A DNA stretch of 63,954 bases, filler included, from an uncultured Acidimicrobiia bacterium (GTDB lineage Bacteria > Actinomycetota > Acidimicrobiia > Spongiisociales > JAOTWH01), in NCBI GenBank assembly GCA_964347285.1. It is 3 parts of 3 records of this genome, joined end to end, with 100 filler letters (N's around TTAATTAATTAA, not from the genome) between each part and the next. Parts side by side here need not be neighbours in the genome. Positions count along the whole stretch, not along the records: positions 1 to 29,960 come from CAYFYE010000018.1; 2 more parts are not named here. The stretch is one strand, 5' to 3'. The translations under genes were made by a program, and so were the position numbers. The notes under the pieces were generated by a model. It was not told the origin of the DNA, ran no database searches, and saw only the letters and a program-made list of their open reading frames with translations. Of this stretch, positions 17,461-26,846 are shown in pieces. Within the stretch, counting starts at the first letter, position 1. Every line of letters starts with the position of its first letter.

Positions 17461-19092
17461 TCACAACTCGATGCGCTCCAGGGCCGGAACCGGCCGGACC
17501 GATGAGGCAAAGACCCCGCTCACACCCTCGAGCACCACGTCGCCGTTCGAGAGCCACTTCCAGATGAGGTGGGCCTCCTCGGCGTCGGCACTGGATCGGG
17601 GTACCGGCGTCCACTCGCCCTGGGGCGGGGCGAGAGTGGTGAGGAGCGGCGGGGCCGCGCCCCGCCAGGCGGCCACCAGGCGGCCGCGCTCCAGCAAGGC
17701 GCCGTTGCCGGCGCCGTCGACCGCACGCACCAAACCGGCCTCCTGGAGGGCGCACCACGCCCGGCGGCGCTCCAGCGCCCGGGCGAGAGCTCGATAACGG
17801 TCCCGCAGCCAAGCCGCCTCCTCGAACCGACTACGGCGGGCGTGAGCCGCCACCATCTCGGCGAGAGGATCCAGGAGCACACGATGATCGCGCTCGACTC
17901 CCTCCAGCAGTCGTTCGATCACCTCGCCGTAGGTTCCTTCGTCGGCATCCCCCGAGCAGGGGCAGGTGGCCAGGCCGAGCTGGGCGAACGCGCACGGCGC
18001 CTGCCGAGTCCCCGGCGACCCGGTGCAGCGCCTCAGCGGAAGGGCGTCCCACAGCGCGGTGACGATCAGCTGGGCCGACTTCCTGGTGCGAAACGGCCCC
18101 AGGTAGAGAAGGGCGTCTTCACGCAGGGTCCTCACCATCGACAATCGAGGGAATCGTTCTCTGGTGAGCTTGACCCAGTGGTCGGTGCCTCGGGGCCGAG
18201 AGCGGCGGTTGTAGCGGGGGGAATGGGCGTTGATGAGCCGAACCTCGGTGATCGATGCTTCCAGCTCGGTTTCACAGAGCCGGTAGTCGATGTCGGCCAA
18301 CTCCCGGAGCATGTTCGCCACGGTGCGCCTCCGGTCGCCGTAGAAATAGGCCCGGACCCGGGACCGGAGGTCCTTGGCCTTGCCCACGTAGAAGACCGTC
18401 CCGCTCCGGTCCCGGAACAGGTAGACGCCGGAACGTCGGGGCAGCCCGTCGGCGAGCCGGAGCTTGTGGTAGTGGGGAGTCCCGCGGGCGGAGGGGAGAG
18501 CCAGCAGGTCGTCGAGGTGGGTGGCACCGATGGTCCCGGCTCGTTCCAGCAAGCCCCAGAACACGTGGGCCGTGGCGGTGGCGTCGTCGAGGGCCCGGTG
18601 AGTCGGGGCCACCGGCGAGCGGAAGTAGGCGGCCAGGGTGGCCAGCTTGAGGTTGCGCACCTCGGTGCGTATCAGGCGCCGGGCCAGGGCGGCGGTGTCG
18701 GCCGACCGGTTGGGCAGGCGCCCATACCCGAGCCGCTCGGCGGCGGCATTGAGGAACGACAAGTCGAAGCGGACGTTGTGGCCGACGATCACCGCGTCGC
18801 CCAGGAACTCGAGGAAACTGGGCAGGGCTTCCTCGATCTTGGGGGCCTCGACGACCATGGCGTGAGTGATCCCGGTGAGCACGGTGATGAACGGGGGGAT
18901 GGCGGTCTCCGGATCGACCAGCGTCTGGAAGGTGCCGGCCGGTTCGCCCCCGATGAACTTCACGGCGCCGATCTCGGTGATCGCACAATCGGCGGGAGAG
19001 CCTCCGGTCGTCTCGAGATCGACCACACAGAACGGCACTTCCGACAGGGGCGCCCCGAGGTCGTCGAAGCTGCGCTGGAGCGGGATCGCCAC
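17461..19092 (-). CDS. DEDDh exonuclease (DnaQ-like) fused to GIY-YIG/UvrC-like domain
   Basis: VVDLETTG, HNVRFD, HRALDDA; GVYLF....G.VFYVGKAKDLRSRV. Confidence 0.9.
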   Translation of the reverse strand: MAIPLQRSFDDLGAPLSEVPFCVVDLETTGGSPADCAITEIGAVKFIGGEPAGTFQTLVDPETAIPPFITVLTGITHAMVVEAPKIEEALPSFLEFLGDAVIVGHNVRFDLSFLNAAAERLGYGRLPNRSADTAALARRLIRTEVRNLKLATLAAYFRSPVAPTHRALDDATATAHVFWGLLERAGTIGATHLDDLLALPSARGTPHYHKLRLADGLPRRSGVYLFRDRSGTVFYVGKAKDLRSRVRAYFYGDRRRTVANMLRELADIDYRLCETELEASITEVRLINAHSPRYNRRSRPRGTDHWVKLTRERFPRLSMVRTLREDALLYLGPFRTRKSAQLIVTALWDALPLRRCTGSPGTRQAPCAFAQLGLATCPCSGDADEGTYGEVIERLLEGVERDHRVLLDPLAEMVAAHARRSRFEEAAWLRDRYRALARALERRRAWCALQEAGLVRAVDGAGNGALLERGRLVAAWRGAAPPLLTTLAPPQGEWTPVPRSSADAEEAHLIWKWLSNGDVVLEGVSGVFASSVRPVPALERIEL

Positions 19093-19125
19093 GCCCTCGT
19101 CCTCCCGGCCCGAGGAGGAGACGCT

Positions 19126-19147
19126 ACATCGAACATATGTTCGATGT
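19126..19147. promoter_or_regulatory. LexA (SOS) box within the promoter of the exonuclease gene
   Basis: Perfect 22-bp palindrome ACATCGAACATATGTTCGATGT (core TCGAAC-N4-GTTCGA), lying between minus-strand TTGACA (19145-19150) and TAGCGT (19121-19126). Confidence 0.9.
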
Positions 19148-19968
19148 CAAGGAACCGGCCGTTGGAGTGGGGGTGACGCTCTTTGACGGACTGCTTCGTA
19201 GAGGACGATGGCGGCCACCGCAGCCGCGTTCAGGCTGTCGACGGCTCCTGCCATAGGGAGGCGAATCGCCATCGACGACTCCAGCCACCGGGGTGACAGG
19301 CCCTCGGCCTCGCTCCCGATCACGATGGCGGCCGGCCCCCGCAGGTCCGCTTCGGCGTACGGGAGCTCGCCGGCCGGGGTCGTCGCGAACGCGGCGATGT
19401 CGCCCTCGGCGAGCCACCGGAGGCAGGCATCCGAAGTGGTGACCGCCAGCGGCACCGTGAACAGGGCTCCCATCGAAGCTCGCACGACGTTGGGGTTGAA
19501 CGGGTCGGTGACCGGGTCGCACACGACCACTCCGTCGGCACCGGCGGCATCGGCCGTCCGCAGCATCGTCCCCAGGTTGCCCGGTTTCTCGATGGCCTCC
19601 ACGACCAAGAGCAGGGGATTGTCGCCGATCTGGAGGCGGTCGAGGCCGGTGGAGAACTGGCAGGCCACCGCCAGCAGACCATCGGGGTGGTCCCGGTACG
19701 AGGCCTTGGCAAAAGCCCGGCCGCCGAGGTCGACTCTCTGGGCCCCGGCCGCCTTTGCCCGCCGGGCCAGATCGGGCCCCAGGCCGCCGCGTAAGTCCTC
19801 GCACACGTACAGCTCGGTGATCTGTACCCCTCCGGCCAGGGCCCGCTCGATCTCGCGCTCGCCCTCGATGATGAACAGGCCGGCTTCGTCGCGGGCCCGG
19901 CGCCGGCGCAGCCTGACGAGACGCTTCACCCGCGTATTGGTGGGACTGGTAATAGGTCCGTCAGCCAT
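19147..19968 (-). CDS. TrmH/SpoU family RNA methyltransferase
   Basis: ITSPTN.RVK, EKPGNLGTMLRTADAAG, GSEAEGL, SLNAA. Confidence 0.93.
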   Translation of the reverse strand: MADGPITSPTNTRVKRLVRLRRRRARDEAGLFIIEGEREIERALAGGVQITELYVCEDLRGGLGPDLARRAKAAGAQRVDLGGRAFAKASYRDHPDGLLAVACQFSTGLDRLQIGDNPLLLVVEAIEKPGNLGTMLRTADAAGADGVVVCDPVTDPFNPNVVRASMGALFTVPLAVTTSDACLRWLAEGDIAAFATTPAGELPYAEADLRGPAAIVIGSEAEGLSPRWLESSMAIRLPMAGAVDSLNAAAVAAIVLYEAVRQRASPPLQRPVP

Positions 19969-20044
19969 GACGGTTCATGCTCCTCCACGTGCAGGTTGGG
20001 CCGCGGGCTCGGCCCGGCGGTCCGGCATCGGGGCTCCGCCCCGA

Positions 20045-22366
20045 CTACCAGCCGGCTCCGCCTCCACCACCGCCGCCGAACCCCCCACCGCCGCCGAACC
20101 CCCCGAATCCGCCGCCGCCCCAGTTGAAGCCCCCCCAGGATGCTCCGCCACTCGAGCCGCCGCCGAAGCCGCCGCCGCCGCCAAAGCCGCCCCACCACGA
20201 ACGCCGGTCGCCCGACCAGGAGCGGTCTCGGTACACCGGTTCCCAGCCGTAGGAGCCGCTATGGCCGCGGGTAATGACCCAGTGGTAGAAGAGCAGGGTG
20301 AACGGATCGAAACTGCCCAGATCGGGAGGCAGGGGCCGGCCCGTCCAGGTATCGGTCTGTCGCTTGGTCCCTTCGTGGGCCAGCTCGGGGGCGAAGCGGT
20401 CGGCGTCGTCGATCTTGGAGCGGGCCAGCGCCTGGCGGGTGGCCGCATAGGCGAGGGCAAACTGTCGAGGCCCGCGCGGGTCGGATGCCCCGAAAGCGGC
20501 GGCAACATCGGCGTAGGCTCCTTCGAGTCCGAGTCCGGCGAGGGCGCGGCGCGCCTCGAGCCAGCGGCGCAGAGCCTGGGCCGGCTCCAGAGAGATCGCC
20601 AGGATGCCGGCCACGGTGCGACGGGTCTCTCCGCTCACCTCATGGGCGGCGAGTTCCTCGACGAGACGGCCATACACTTCGGGGCCGTCGTCGCGGCGGC
20701 GCAGGAGGGCGGCCGCTATCGAAACCGGTATCCCCAGTTTGCGGGCCTGCTCGCGGATCGCCGAAATCACTGCCCGATCTTGGAGTCCGGCCAGGGCGTA
20801 CTCCACGGCGGCGTCGGGCTCGAATCCGGAGCTGCGATTGGAGCGGTAGGCGAGCAGGAACTCGTCCACCGCATCCTCGTCGCGGTTCAACAGCAGGAGG
20901 GCCGCTACTGCCGGAATAGCCAGACCGTCCCGCTCCAGGACCGCGCCCTCTTCCTCCAGGCGTCGGCGGACTTTCTCGTACCGTTCCAGGGCGGCCCCCG
21001 GGTCCTCGTCGAGGTCGGCCAGGGCAGCCGCTACGGCCGGGCGGGTGGTCGACGCCGGAAGCTGGTCGTACAGCTTCTCCAGGGCCTCGGTCTTGCCCCG
21101 GGCCACCGCGTATACCGATTCGAGCTCCTCGACCGATTCCGTCACCGACAGCTCGGGATCGAGAGCGGGACCGGCCCGGAGCAGCCGCTCTCCGAGGTCG
21201 GACAACGTGACGTGACCGATCGGGGTCTCCACCAGGAGATCGGCGATTGCCTGCCCGGCCCGGCGACGGGCGGCGGCCACCCGGTAGGGGCGGAGGGCGT
21301 CCACCAGTCGCCGCAGTTCTTTGAGCTGTACGTCGAATTGCTCGCGCCGGCCCACCGGTACTTCGAGTGCATTGCCGGCCGTAGCCTGGACCGATTCCTC
21401 GAGTATCGGTCGCTCGCCACTCACCCGCAGCTCGAGAGGCATCTCGGTCTCTGCGACCAGGCGCTCGGGTTCGACCACCTCGAGCATTCCCAGGCTCCAC
21501 AGGGATCCGAGCTCGGATTCGGTACCCGCCGCTCGGCCGTCTTGGAGGGGGCGCAACAGCCGAAGCGCGACGACGGTGGAGGGCGGCGTGCCATCGAGCG
21601 GTGGGGGCCCGACCGTGAACTCATCGAGTCGGGGAAGCTCGTGGCCGGCCGGCTCGAGCCGGTCCAACTCGTCGTCGATCAGCCGGGATCGCCGCTTGCG
21701 TACCCGCCCCGCCCGCTGGCTGCGAGCTGCGCCGGTGCCGATTCCGGCTCCGACCACGGCCACGATTGCCAGAACGGATATCACTCCGATAGCCGACGGA
21801 CCCTCTTCTTGCTCTGTGTCCGGTGGGCGGGGGACGGTCACCGGGACGGTATCAGCGGTCGTGGGGCCGCCTTCGGCTTCGAGAATTGCCTGCTGCAGAC
21901 CACCCAGCACCGCCGAGAGCCCTCCATCGAAGTCGCCGGCACCAAAGAAGCTGGTGGCCGAGCCGGCGATCCGGTCGAGGCCATCGAGGACGAGTCCCGT
22001 TCCGGTGACGATTTCGATCCGGCGCTCCGCCAGCGCCACTAGCACCACGATGCCATCGTCGAGCTCGACGGCGCCCACGCCCCAGGCATTACCCAAGTCC
22101 TCGGCGAACCGGCGCGGATCGCGGGACCCGGTGTCGGGCACGGTGACGACGGCAATCTGATGGCCGTAGGCACCCACCAGCCGATCGACTGCCTCTTCGA
22201 GGCGGGGCTCGTCCTCGAGTACGCCGGCCGCGTCGGTGACCCAACCGTCGCAGGTGTAACCCTCGAAGGGCGGGCACTCGGCCGGGTCCTGAGCCCGGGC
22301 CGGAAGGGAGATGGTCAGGCCCAACGCCAGGCCCGCTGCCAGCGCAGTCGTGCGGCCCAGTCTCAT
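20045..22366 (-). CDS. TPM-domain membrane protein with long cytoplasmic region and Gly-rich tail
   Basis: Signal peptide, VTDAAGVL, QIAVVTV, WGVG....DDGIVVLVA..ERRIEI..G.GL, TM, C-terminal GGGGFGGGGGGGAGW. Confidence 0.8.
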   Translation of the reverse strand: MRLGRTTALAAGLALGLTISLPARAQDPAECPPFEGYTCDGWVTDAAGVLEDEPRLEEAVDRLVGAYGHQIAVVTVPDTGSRDPRRFAEDLGNAWGVGAVELDDGIVVLVALAERRIEIVTGTGLVLDGLDRIAGSATSFFGAGDFDGGLSAVLGGLQQAILEAEGGPTTADTVPVTVPRPPDTEQEEGPSAIGVISVLAIVAVVGAGIGTGAARSQRAGRVRKRRSRLIDDELDRLEPAGHELPRLDEFTVGPPPLDGTPPSTVVALRLLRPLQDGRAAGTESELGSLWSLGMLEVVEPERLVAETEMPLELRVSGERPILEESVQATAGNALEVPVGRREQFDVQLKELRRLVDALRPYRVAAARRRAGQAIADLLVETPIGHVTLSDLGERLLRAGPALDPELSVTESVEELESVYAVARGKTEALEKLYDQLPASTTRPAVAAALADLDEDPGAALERYEKVRRRLEEEGAVLERDGLAIPAVAALLLLNRDEDAVDEFLLAYRSNRSSGFEPDAAVEYALAGLQDRAVISAIREQARKLGIPVSIAAALLRRRDDGPEVYGRLVEELAAHEVSGETRRTVAGILAISLEPAQALRRWLEARRALAGLGLEGAYADVAAAFGASDPRGPRQFALAYAATRQALARSKIDDADRFAPELAHEGTKRQTDTWTGRPLPPDLGSFDPFTLLFYHWVITRGHSGSYGWEPVYRDRSWSGDRRSWWGGFGGGGGFGGGSSGGASWGGFNWGGGGFGGFGGGGGFGGGGGGGAGW

Positions 22367-22445
22367 CGTGGCGAACGCTAGCGGGCCACGCACCCCTCTC
22401 GGCCGGCCGCCGGCTGAGTAGTGCGGGGATGCTCGTCGGCCGATC

Positions 22446-23528
22446 TCAAAAGGAGAGACGGCGGACCGAGCGATGCTCCACGAGCTCGACGTCGACCGAG
22501 ACGCCGATGCCGGGCCCCTCGGGGGCTTCCAGCTGGCCCTCCGCCAACTGCCACGGCGGGTCCACGAGGTCGGGGTCGAAGAGGCGGTCCGACGCTCCAA
22601 GGTCTCCGGGCACTGTGAAGCCGTCCAGAGTCGCCAGAGCGATGGCGTGGGCCCGGCCTACCCCGGTCTCCAGCATCCCCCCGATGCGGAGCGGGATGCC
22701 GGCGGCGACGGCAACAGCGTGCAGGGACAGGGCCTCGTTGATGCCGCCCAGCCTGGCGTGCTTGACCGAGATCAGATCGGCCGCACCGGTGTCGATGGCT
22801 CGATGGGCGTCGGCCAGGTCGGCCACGCCCTCGTCGAGGCACACCGGGGTGACCGCCTCCACGGCCAGGCGGGCGTGGGTGTCGACGTCTTCGGCGGGGA
22901 ACGGCTGCTCGACGTACGCCAGGCCGAGATCATCCAGGGCCCGGAGTGCAGGGAGGTCGTCGGCTCCGTAGGACCCGTTGCCGTCGGCCCCCAGCGACAG
23001 ATCGGGCTGGGCGGTCCGCAATGCCGACAGCTCGTCCCAGTCGTGGCCCGGAGCGATCTTGACCTTCACATGCTGGTAGCCGGCCGCTACACACCCGGCC
23101 ACCTCCTCCAACAGGGCGGATGTCGATGAGTGGAGTCCGAGCACCGCTCCGGCTGTTATCCGTTCTCGACCGCCCCCCAGCAGACGCCACAGTGGCTGTC
23201 CGGCGGCCCGGGCCGACAGGTCCCACAGGGCTCCTTCGAGTGCCGCCCGCCCCGACGGGGTAGCAGCCTCGAGCGGGGAGTGGGGGTCGACCCGGCGACC
23301 GACGAGAAGCGGGCCGGCGACCGAGAGGTCCTTCCATGCCGCCTCGAGGGACTCCTTCGAGTAGCCGGGGATCGGCGAGCACTCGCCCCAACCGTCGATG
23401 CCCTCGCCGAGAAGGTGGACGAGCCCGATTCGCCGATGCTCGACGGTTCCACTGGCAGTCACGAAGGGAGTGAGCATCGGCACGGCTACGTCGTAGAGCT
23501 CGACCCGGTCGATGCGAACGGTCTTCAT
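22446..23528 (-). CDS. menC: o-succinylbenzoate synthase / N-succinylamino acid racemase (enolase superfamily)
   Basis: PF.TA.G, GWGE, KVKIAPG.D, DGN, EQP, LDE, GGMLETGVGRA, PGDLGAS. Confidence 0.78.
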   Translation of the reverse strand: MKTVRIDRVELYDVAVPMLTPFVTASGTVEHRRIGLVHLLGEGIDGWGECSPIPGYSKESLEAAWKDLSVAGPLLVGRRVDPHSPLEAATPSGRAALEGALWDLSARAAGQPLWRLLGGGRERITAGAVLGLHSSTSALLEEVAGCVAAGYQHVKVKIAPGHDWDELSALRTAQPDLSLGADGNGSYGADDLPALRALDDLGLAYVEQPFPAEDVDTHARLAVEAVTPVCLDEGVADLADAHRAIDTGAADLISVKHARLGGINEALSLHAVAVAAGIPLRIGGMLETGVGRAHAIALATLDGFTVPGDLGASDRLFDPDLVDPPWQLAEGQLEAPEGPGIGVSVDVELVEHRSVRRLSF

Positions 23529-24310
23529 CGCCGGCTCAGCAACAGGCTCTGCAGTCCAAGCCCAAAAGGGCCGGCCCGGTCGTAGAGGGTGCTCGAGGCC
23601 AGTCCGATTCCCGGGTCACCGACATCGGTGTCCGCTTGGAGGCAGATCCACTCGCCGACCGGCCGGCGATACACGTACACGGTCAGGTCGGGGTTGATGA
23701 AGGTGAACTCGGCCGGATCGAGTACGGCGGAGAGGCCGTTGCCGAAGTCGGCGACGGCGGCGGCCCGCTGCAGTGGTGTGGCCTCCTCACCCGCAACGAT
23801 GGGTACCCTGAGCCGGATCCACATCGTGGCGGGACCGTGCCCGTCGACATCGCCGGCGACCGACCGCATGTCCACTCCACGATCGTGGTAGCCCGAGACG
23901 GCAAAGCGAGACCACTCCACCGGGCTCCCCTCTTCTGGGCCCGGCGGGGCCGGCTTGGGGACCCGGGAGACAGGGGTCTCGGCGCCCAGGCGAAGTCGCA
24001 GACCGGACGCCCGGGCCACCGTCGTCTCCTCGGTACGCAGCGCGGTAGCGACCAGCTGGACCCGTCGCCCCTGCCGGACCACCCGGGCCGACGTGGAGAG
24101 CGGCTCCAGGGGCACCGGGCGCTCCAGCTCTACCGTGAGTCGCACCACCTCCATCGGGCTCTCGGTGGGGACGCCCTCGATGGCACGAGCCAGGAGGGCG
24201 GCCGGGGGCCCGCCGTGTTGGGCCCCTTCGATCCAGGGTCCCTGAGTGAGGGGGGTGGGCACCAGGGTGATTCCGTCGGTCACGAACAGCGCTTCGGTGT
24301 CGCCCACCAT
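23525..24310 (-). CDS. Acyl-CoA thioesterase-like (double hotdog) protein
   Basis: GPW..GAQHGGPPAALLAR, ADFGNGLS, FINPDLTV...R.P.GEW. Confidence 0.85.
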   Translation of the reverse strand: MVGDTEALFVTDGITLVPTPLTQGPWIEGAQHGGPPAALLARAIEGVPTESPMEVVRLTVELERPVPLEPLSTSARVVRQGRRVQLVATALRTEETTVARASGLRLRLGAETPVSRVPKPAPPGPEEGSPVEWSRFAVSGYHDRGVDMRSVAGDVDGHGPATMWIRLRVPIVAGEEATPLQRAAAVADFGNGLSAVLDPAEFTFINPDLTVYVYRRPVGEWICLQADTDVGDPGIGLASSTLYDRAGPFGLGLQSLLLSRR

Positions 24311-24431
24311 CGAATGCATGCTACGGCCCGGACGTGGTGCACTCCCGTCGGTAACGGTCTCACGGCGGCGCGCCGGGGTCGCCGCAGCCGTCACCGGTCC
24401 GGCATCACCGCCGACAGATATCGGGGCCCTC

Positions 24432-25355
24432 TCACGAAATGAATTCGTTGTCGGTGAGCCAGTCGGCCGCTACCTGGTCGGGATCGATACGGTCGAACCC
24501 GGCCCGACGGTTCATCTCGGTCAGCTCCTCGGTGGTGATCTCGGCGCTGACCCGGTTGACCAGGTCCTCGAGATCCGATCCGTAGGCGTCGAGGATTTCC
24601 TGGCGGATCACCGGGATCACGTTCTCGGCGGGCTGCAGGCCCTTGTCGTCCTCCAGGAGCACGAAGTTCCGAGCGCTGATCACCCCGTCGCTGGTGAACA
24701 GCAAGGCGACGTCGATGGCGCCGCCGTCGAGTGCTTCCACCGTCAGAGGCCCGCCGACGTCGAGGGCCTGGAAGGCGGCGAACTCGAGTCCATAGACGTC
24801 GCGCAATCCGATGAGGCACCGAGGACGGTTGGGGCACTCGGGTGGGCCCCCAAAGGTGAGCGCAGAGGCGATGCCCTCCAGATCGCTGACCTCTTCGAGG
24901 CCGAACTCCTCGGCGGTGGCCGCAGTGACCACGATGCCGTTCTTGTCCTGAGCCGGGGCCGGTTCGAGGACCGTCACCCCGCTCTCCTCGAAAGCCGAGG
25001 CGAGGGCTTCGGCGGTCTCTTCGGTATCGGAAGACGGCTCCCCCCCGAAGCCCACTTCCAAGGCGCTGCCGACGTACTCGGGCACGAAGTCGATTTCACC
25101 GTTCTCCAGGGCCGGCTTGATGATCTCCCGAGTACCGGCCCGGAGCTTGCGTTCCACGGCATAGCCCTCGGCCTCGAGGGCCTGGGCGTACACCTCGGCG
25201 AGGATCTCACTCTCTCCGAAGTCGAACGATCCAACAACGATGGGCGGCCCTTCTTTGGGCCCTGCGGCGTCATCACCCGATCCGCAGGCCGCCGCGACTA
25301 GCGCGACGGTCCCGAGGATCGCCCCAACGACGGCCTTGCGGAAGCCGGTCCGCAT
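24432..25355 (-). CDS. Glycine betaine/osmoprotectant ABC transporter substrate-binding lipoprotein
   Basis: Lipobox AAAC, VGSFDFGESEILAEVYAQAL, PEYVGS, LEDDK. Confidence 0.9.
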   Translation of the reverse strand: MRTGFRKAVVGAILGTVALVAAACGSGDDAAGPKEGPPIVVGSFDFGESEILAEVYAQALEAEGYAVERKLRAGTREIIKPALENGEIDFVPEYVGSALEVGFGGEPSSDTEETAEALASAFEESGVTVLEPAPAQDKNGIVVTAATAEEFGLEEVSDLEGIASALTFGGPPECPNRPRCLIGLRDVYGLEFAAFQALDVGGPLTVEALDGGAIDVALLFTSDGVISARNFVLLEDDKGLQPAENVIPVIRQEILDAYGSDLEDLVNRVSAEITTEELTEMNRRAGFDRIDPDQVAADWLTDNEFIS

Positions 25356-25441
25356 GGGTCTCTCCTTCTTTTCGACGTTGTGACGGCCCCGACGGGCCGC
25401 GGGAATAAGCTAGCTGCGCGGCTTGCCAATCCCAACAGAGC

Positions 25442-26158
25442 TCAAACGGCCGCCCGGACCAGCCTCCGTCGGCGGCGTCCCTGCAGACGAAGCCCCTTGG
25501 GCACCAGGCGCCGTTCCAGCACGGAGAAGAACAGCTCGGTGAACACTGCGAGGAGGGCCACGAGGAGCCCGCCGGCGAACACCTGGACGCGATCGCCCTG
25601 GGCGAACCCGTCGATGATGAATCGGCCCAGTCCTCCCCAGGCGACCAGAGCGCCCAACGTGGCGGTGGCTACCACCTGCACCGACGAGATGCGGACGGCC
25701 GCCAGGATGAGCGGCGAGGCTTCGGGAAGCTCGATATTCCACAGCACCTGTCGCCCCCGCATCCCCATACCGCGGGCCGCCTCCACGGTGGCCGGATCGG
25801 CTTCGTTCACTCCCGTGTAGCTGTTGGTGAACATTGGTGGCACGGCCAGGGCCACGAGCGCGAGCAGGGTCGGCCAGAAGCCCAGGCCCAATCCCAGCTT
25901 GATCGAGATCGGCAGCGCCAGCGCCACGATCCCGAACGACGGCACCGCCCGGCCGATGTTGACGACCGCCACCGCAGCCATACCGCCCTTGTGGAGGTGC
26001 CCGAGGGCAACGCCGATGGGAAGGGCGATGGCGCCGGCAACCGCGACGGCAACGGCCGAGAGCTGGATGTGCTCCCAAGTCCGGTTGAGCACTCCCTGTT
26101 CCCCCGTCCAGTTGGAGGCGGTGGTGAACCACTCGAAGACTTCGCTCAGGAATTCCAT
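25442..26158 (-). CDS. Osmoprotectant ABC transporter permease
   Basis: RAVPS, EAARGMGM, IELP.A.P, GGLG. Confidence 0.9.
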   Translation of the reverse strand: MEFLSEVFEWFTTASNWTGEQGVLNRTWEHIQLSAVAVAVAGAIALPIGVALGHLHKGGMAAVAVVNIGRAVPSFGIVALALPISIKLGLGLGFWPTLLALVALAVPPMFTNSYTGVNEADPATVEAARGMGMRGRQVLWNIELPEASPLILAAVRISSVQVVATATLGALVAWGGLGRFIIDGFAQGDRVQVFAGGLLVALLAVFTELFFSVLERRLVPKGLRLQGRRRRRLVRAAV

Positions 26159-26171
26159 TGCCGCGCCTCCA

Positions 26172-26846
26172 TCACTCGGTCGCCCGCCGCCGAGCCCAGG
26201 GCGTGAGCGCCCTCTCGACGAGTGCCAGGGTCACGTCGATTGCCACTGCCAGAGCCACCGAAAGCACCACCCCCACCACGATCTCGGTGGTGAAGAAACG
26301 CTGCAACCCCCGCAGGATGAACTTGCCGAGCCCGCCAAAGGTGATCAGCGACGTCACCGTCACCAGCCCGACCGTCGTCACCGCCGCGATGCGAAGTCCG
26401 GCCATGATCGCCGGAAGCGCCAGAGGAACTTCGATCTCCCAGAACAGCCGACGAGGCGTATAGCCCATGCCGAGCGCCGCCTCCCTCACTTCCGGCGGAA
26501 CCGATCTGATGCCGGCGGTGATGTTGCGGATGATGATCAGGAGGGTGTAGCTCACCAGCCCGATCTCGGCCGTGAGGAAGGTCAGGCCGGTATACGGGAC
26601 CAGGAGGGCGAACAGGGCGAGGCTGGGAATGGTGTAGAGGATCCCGGCCGTCCACGTGATCGGGGGATACGACTTCGGAAAGCGAAGGCCCAAGATGGCC
26701 AGCGCCATCGAGAGCACGAATCCGATCGTCACCGCCACGAGGGTGAGCTGCAGATGCTCCCACGTGTTGGCCCAGATGTCGTCGAGGTGATCCCATACCC
26801 AACTCCAAACGACGAACGGCTCGTCGGCAATCTGGCCGGAGATCAC
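26172..26846 (-). CDS. Osmoprotectant ABC transporter permease
   Basis: YTIPSLALF, EAALGMG, EVPLALPAIMAGLR. Confidence 0.9.
   Translation of the reverse strand: MISGQIADEPFVVWSWVWDHLDDIWANTWEHLQLTLVAVTIGFVLSMALAILGLRFPKSYPPITWTAGILYTIPSLALFALLVPYTGLTFLTAEIGLVSYTLLIIIRNITAGIRSVPPEVREAALGMGYTPRRLFWEIEVPLALPAIMAGLRIAAVTTVGLVTVTSLITFGGLGKFILRGLQRFFTTEIVVGVVLSVALAVAIDVTLALVERALTPWARRRATE

Noticed and set aside
20045..20195. GCC/CCG-rich low-complexity tract
   Set aside because: Encodes the ordinary Gly-rich tail of the TPM protein
19208..22042. 944-aa plus-strand ORF and other long antisense ORFs (e.g. 30169-32295, 40648-42723)
   Set aside because: Shadow ORFs of well-supported opposite-strand genes in high-GC DNA; no recognisable motifs
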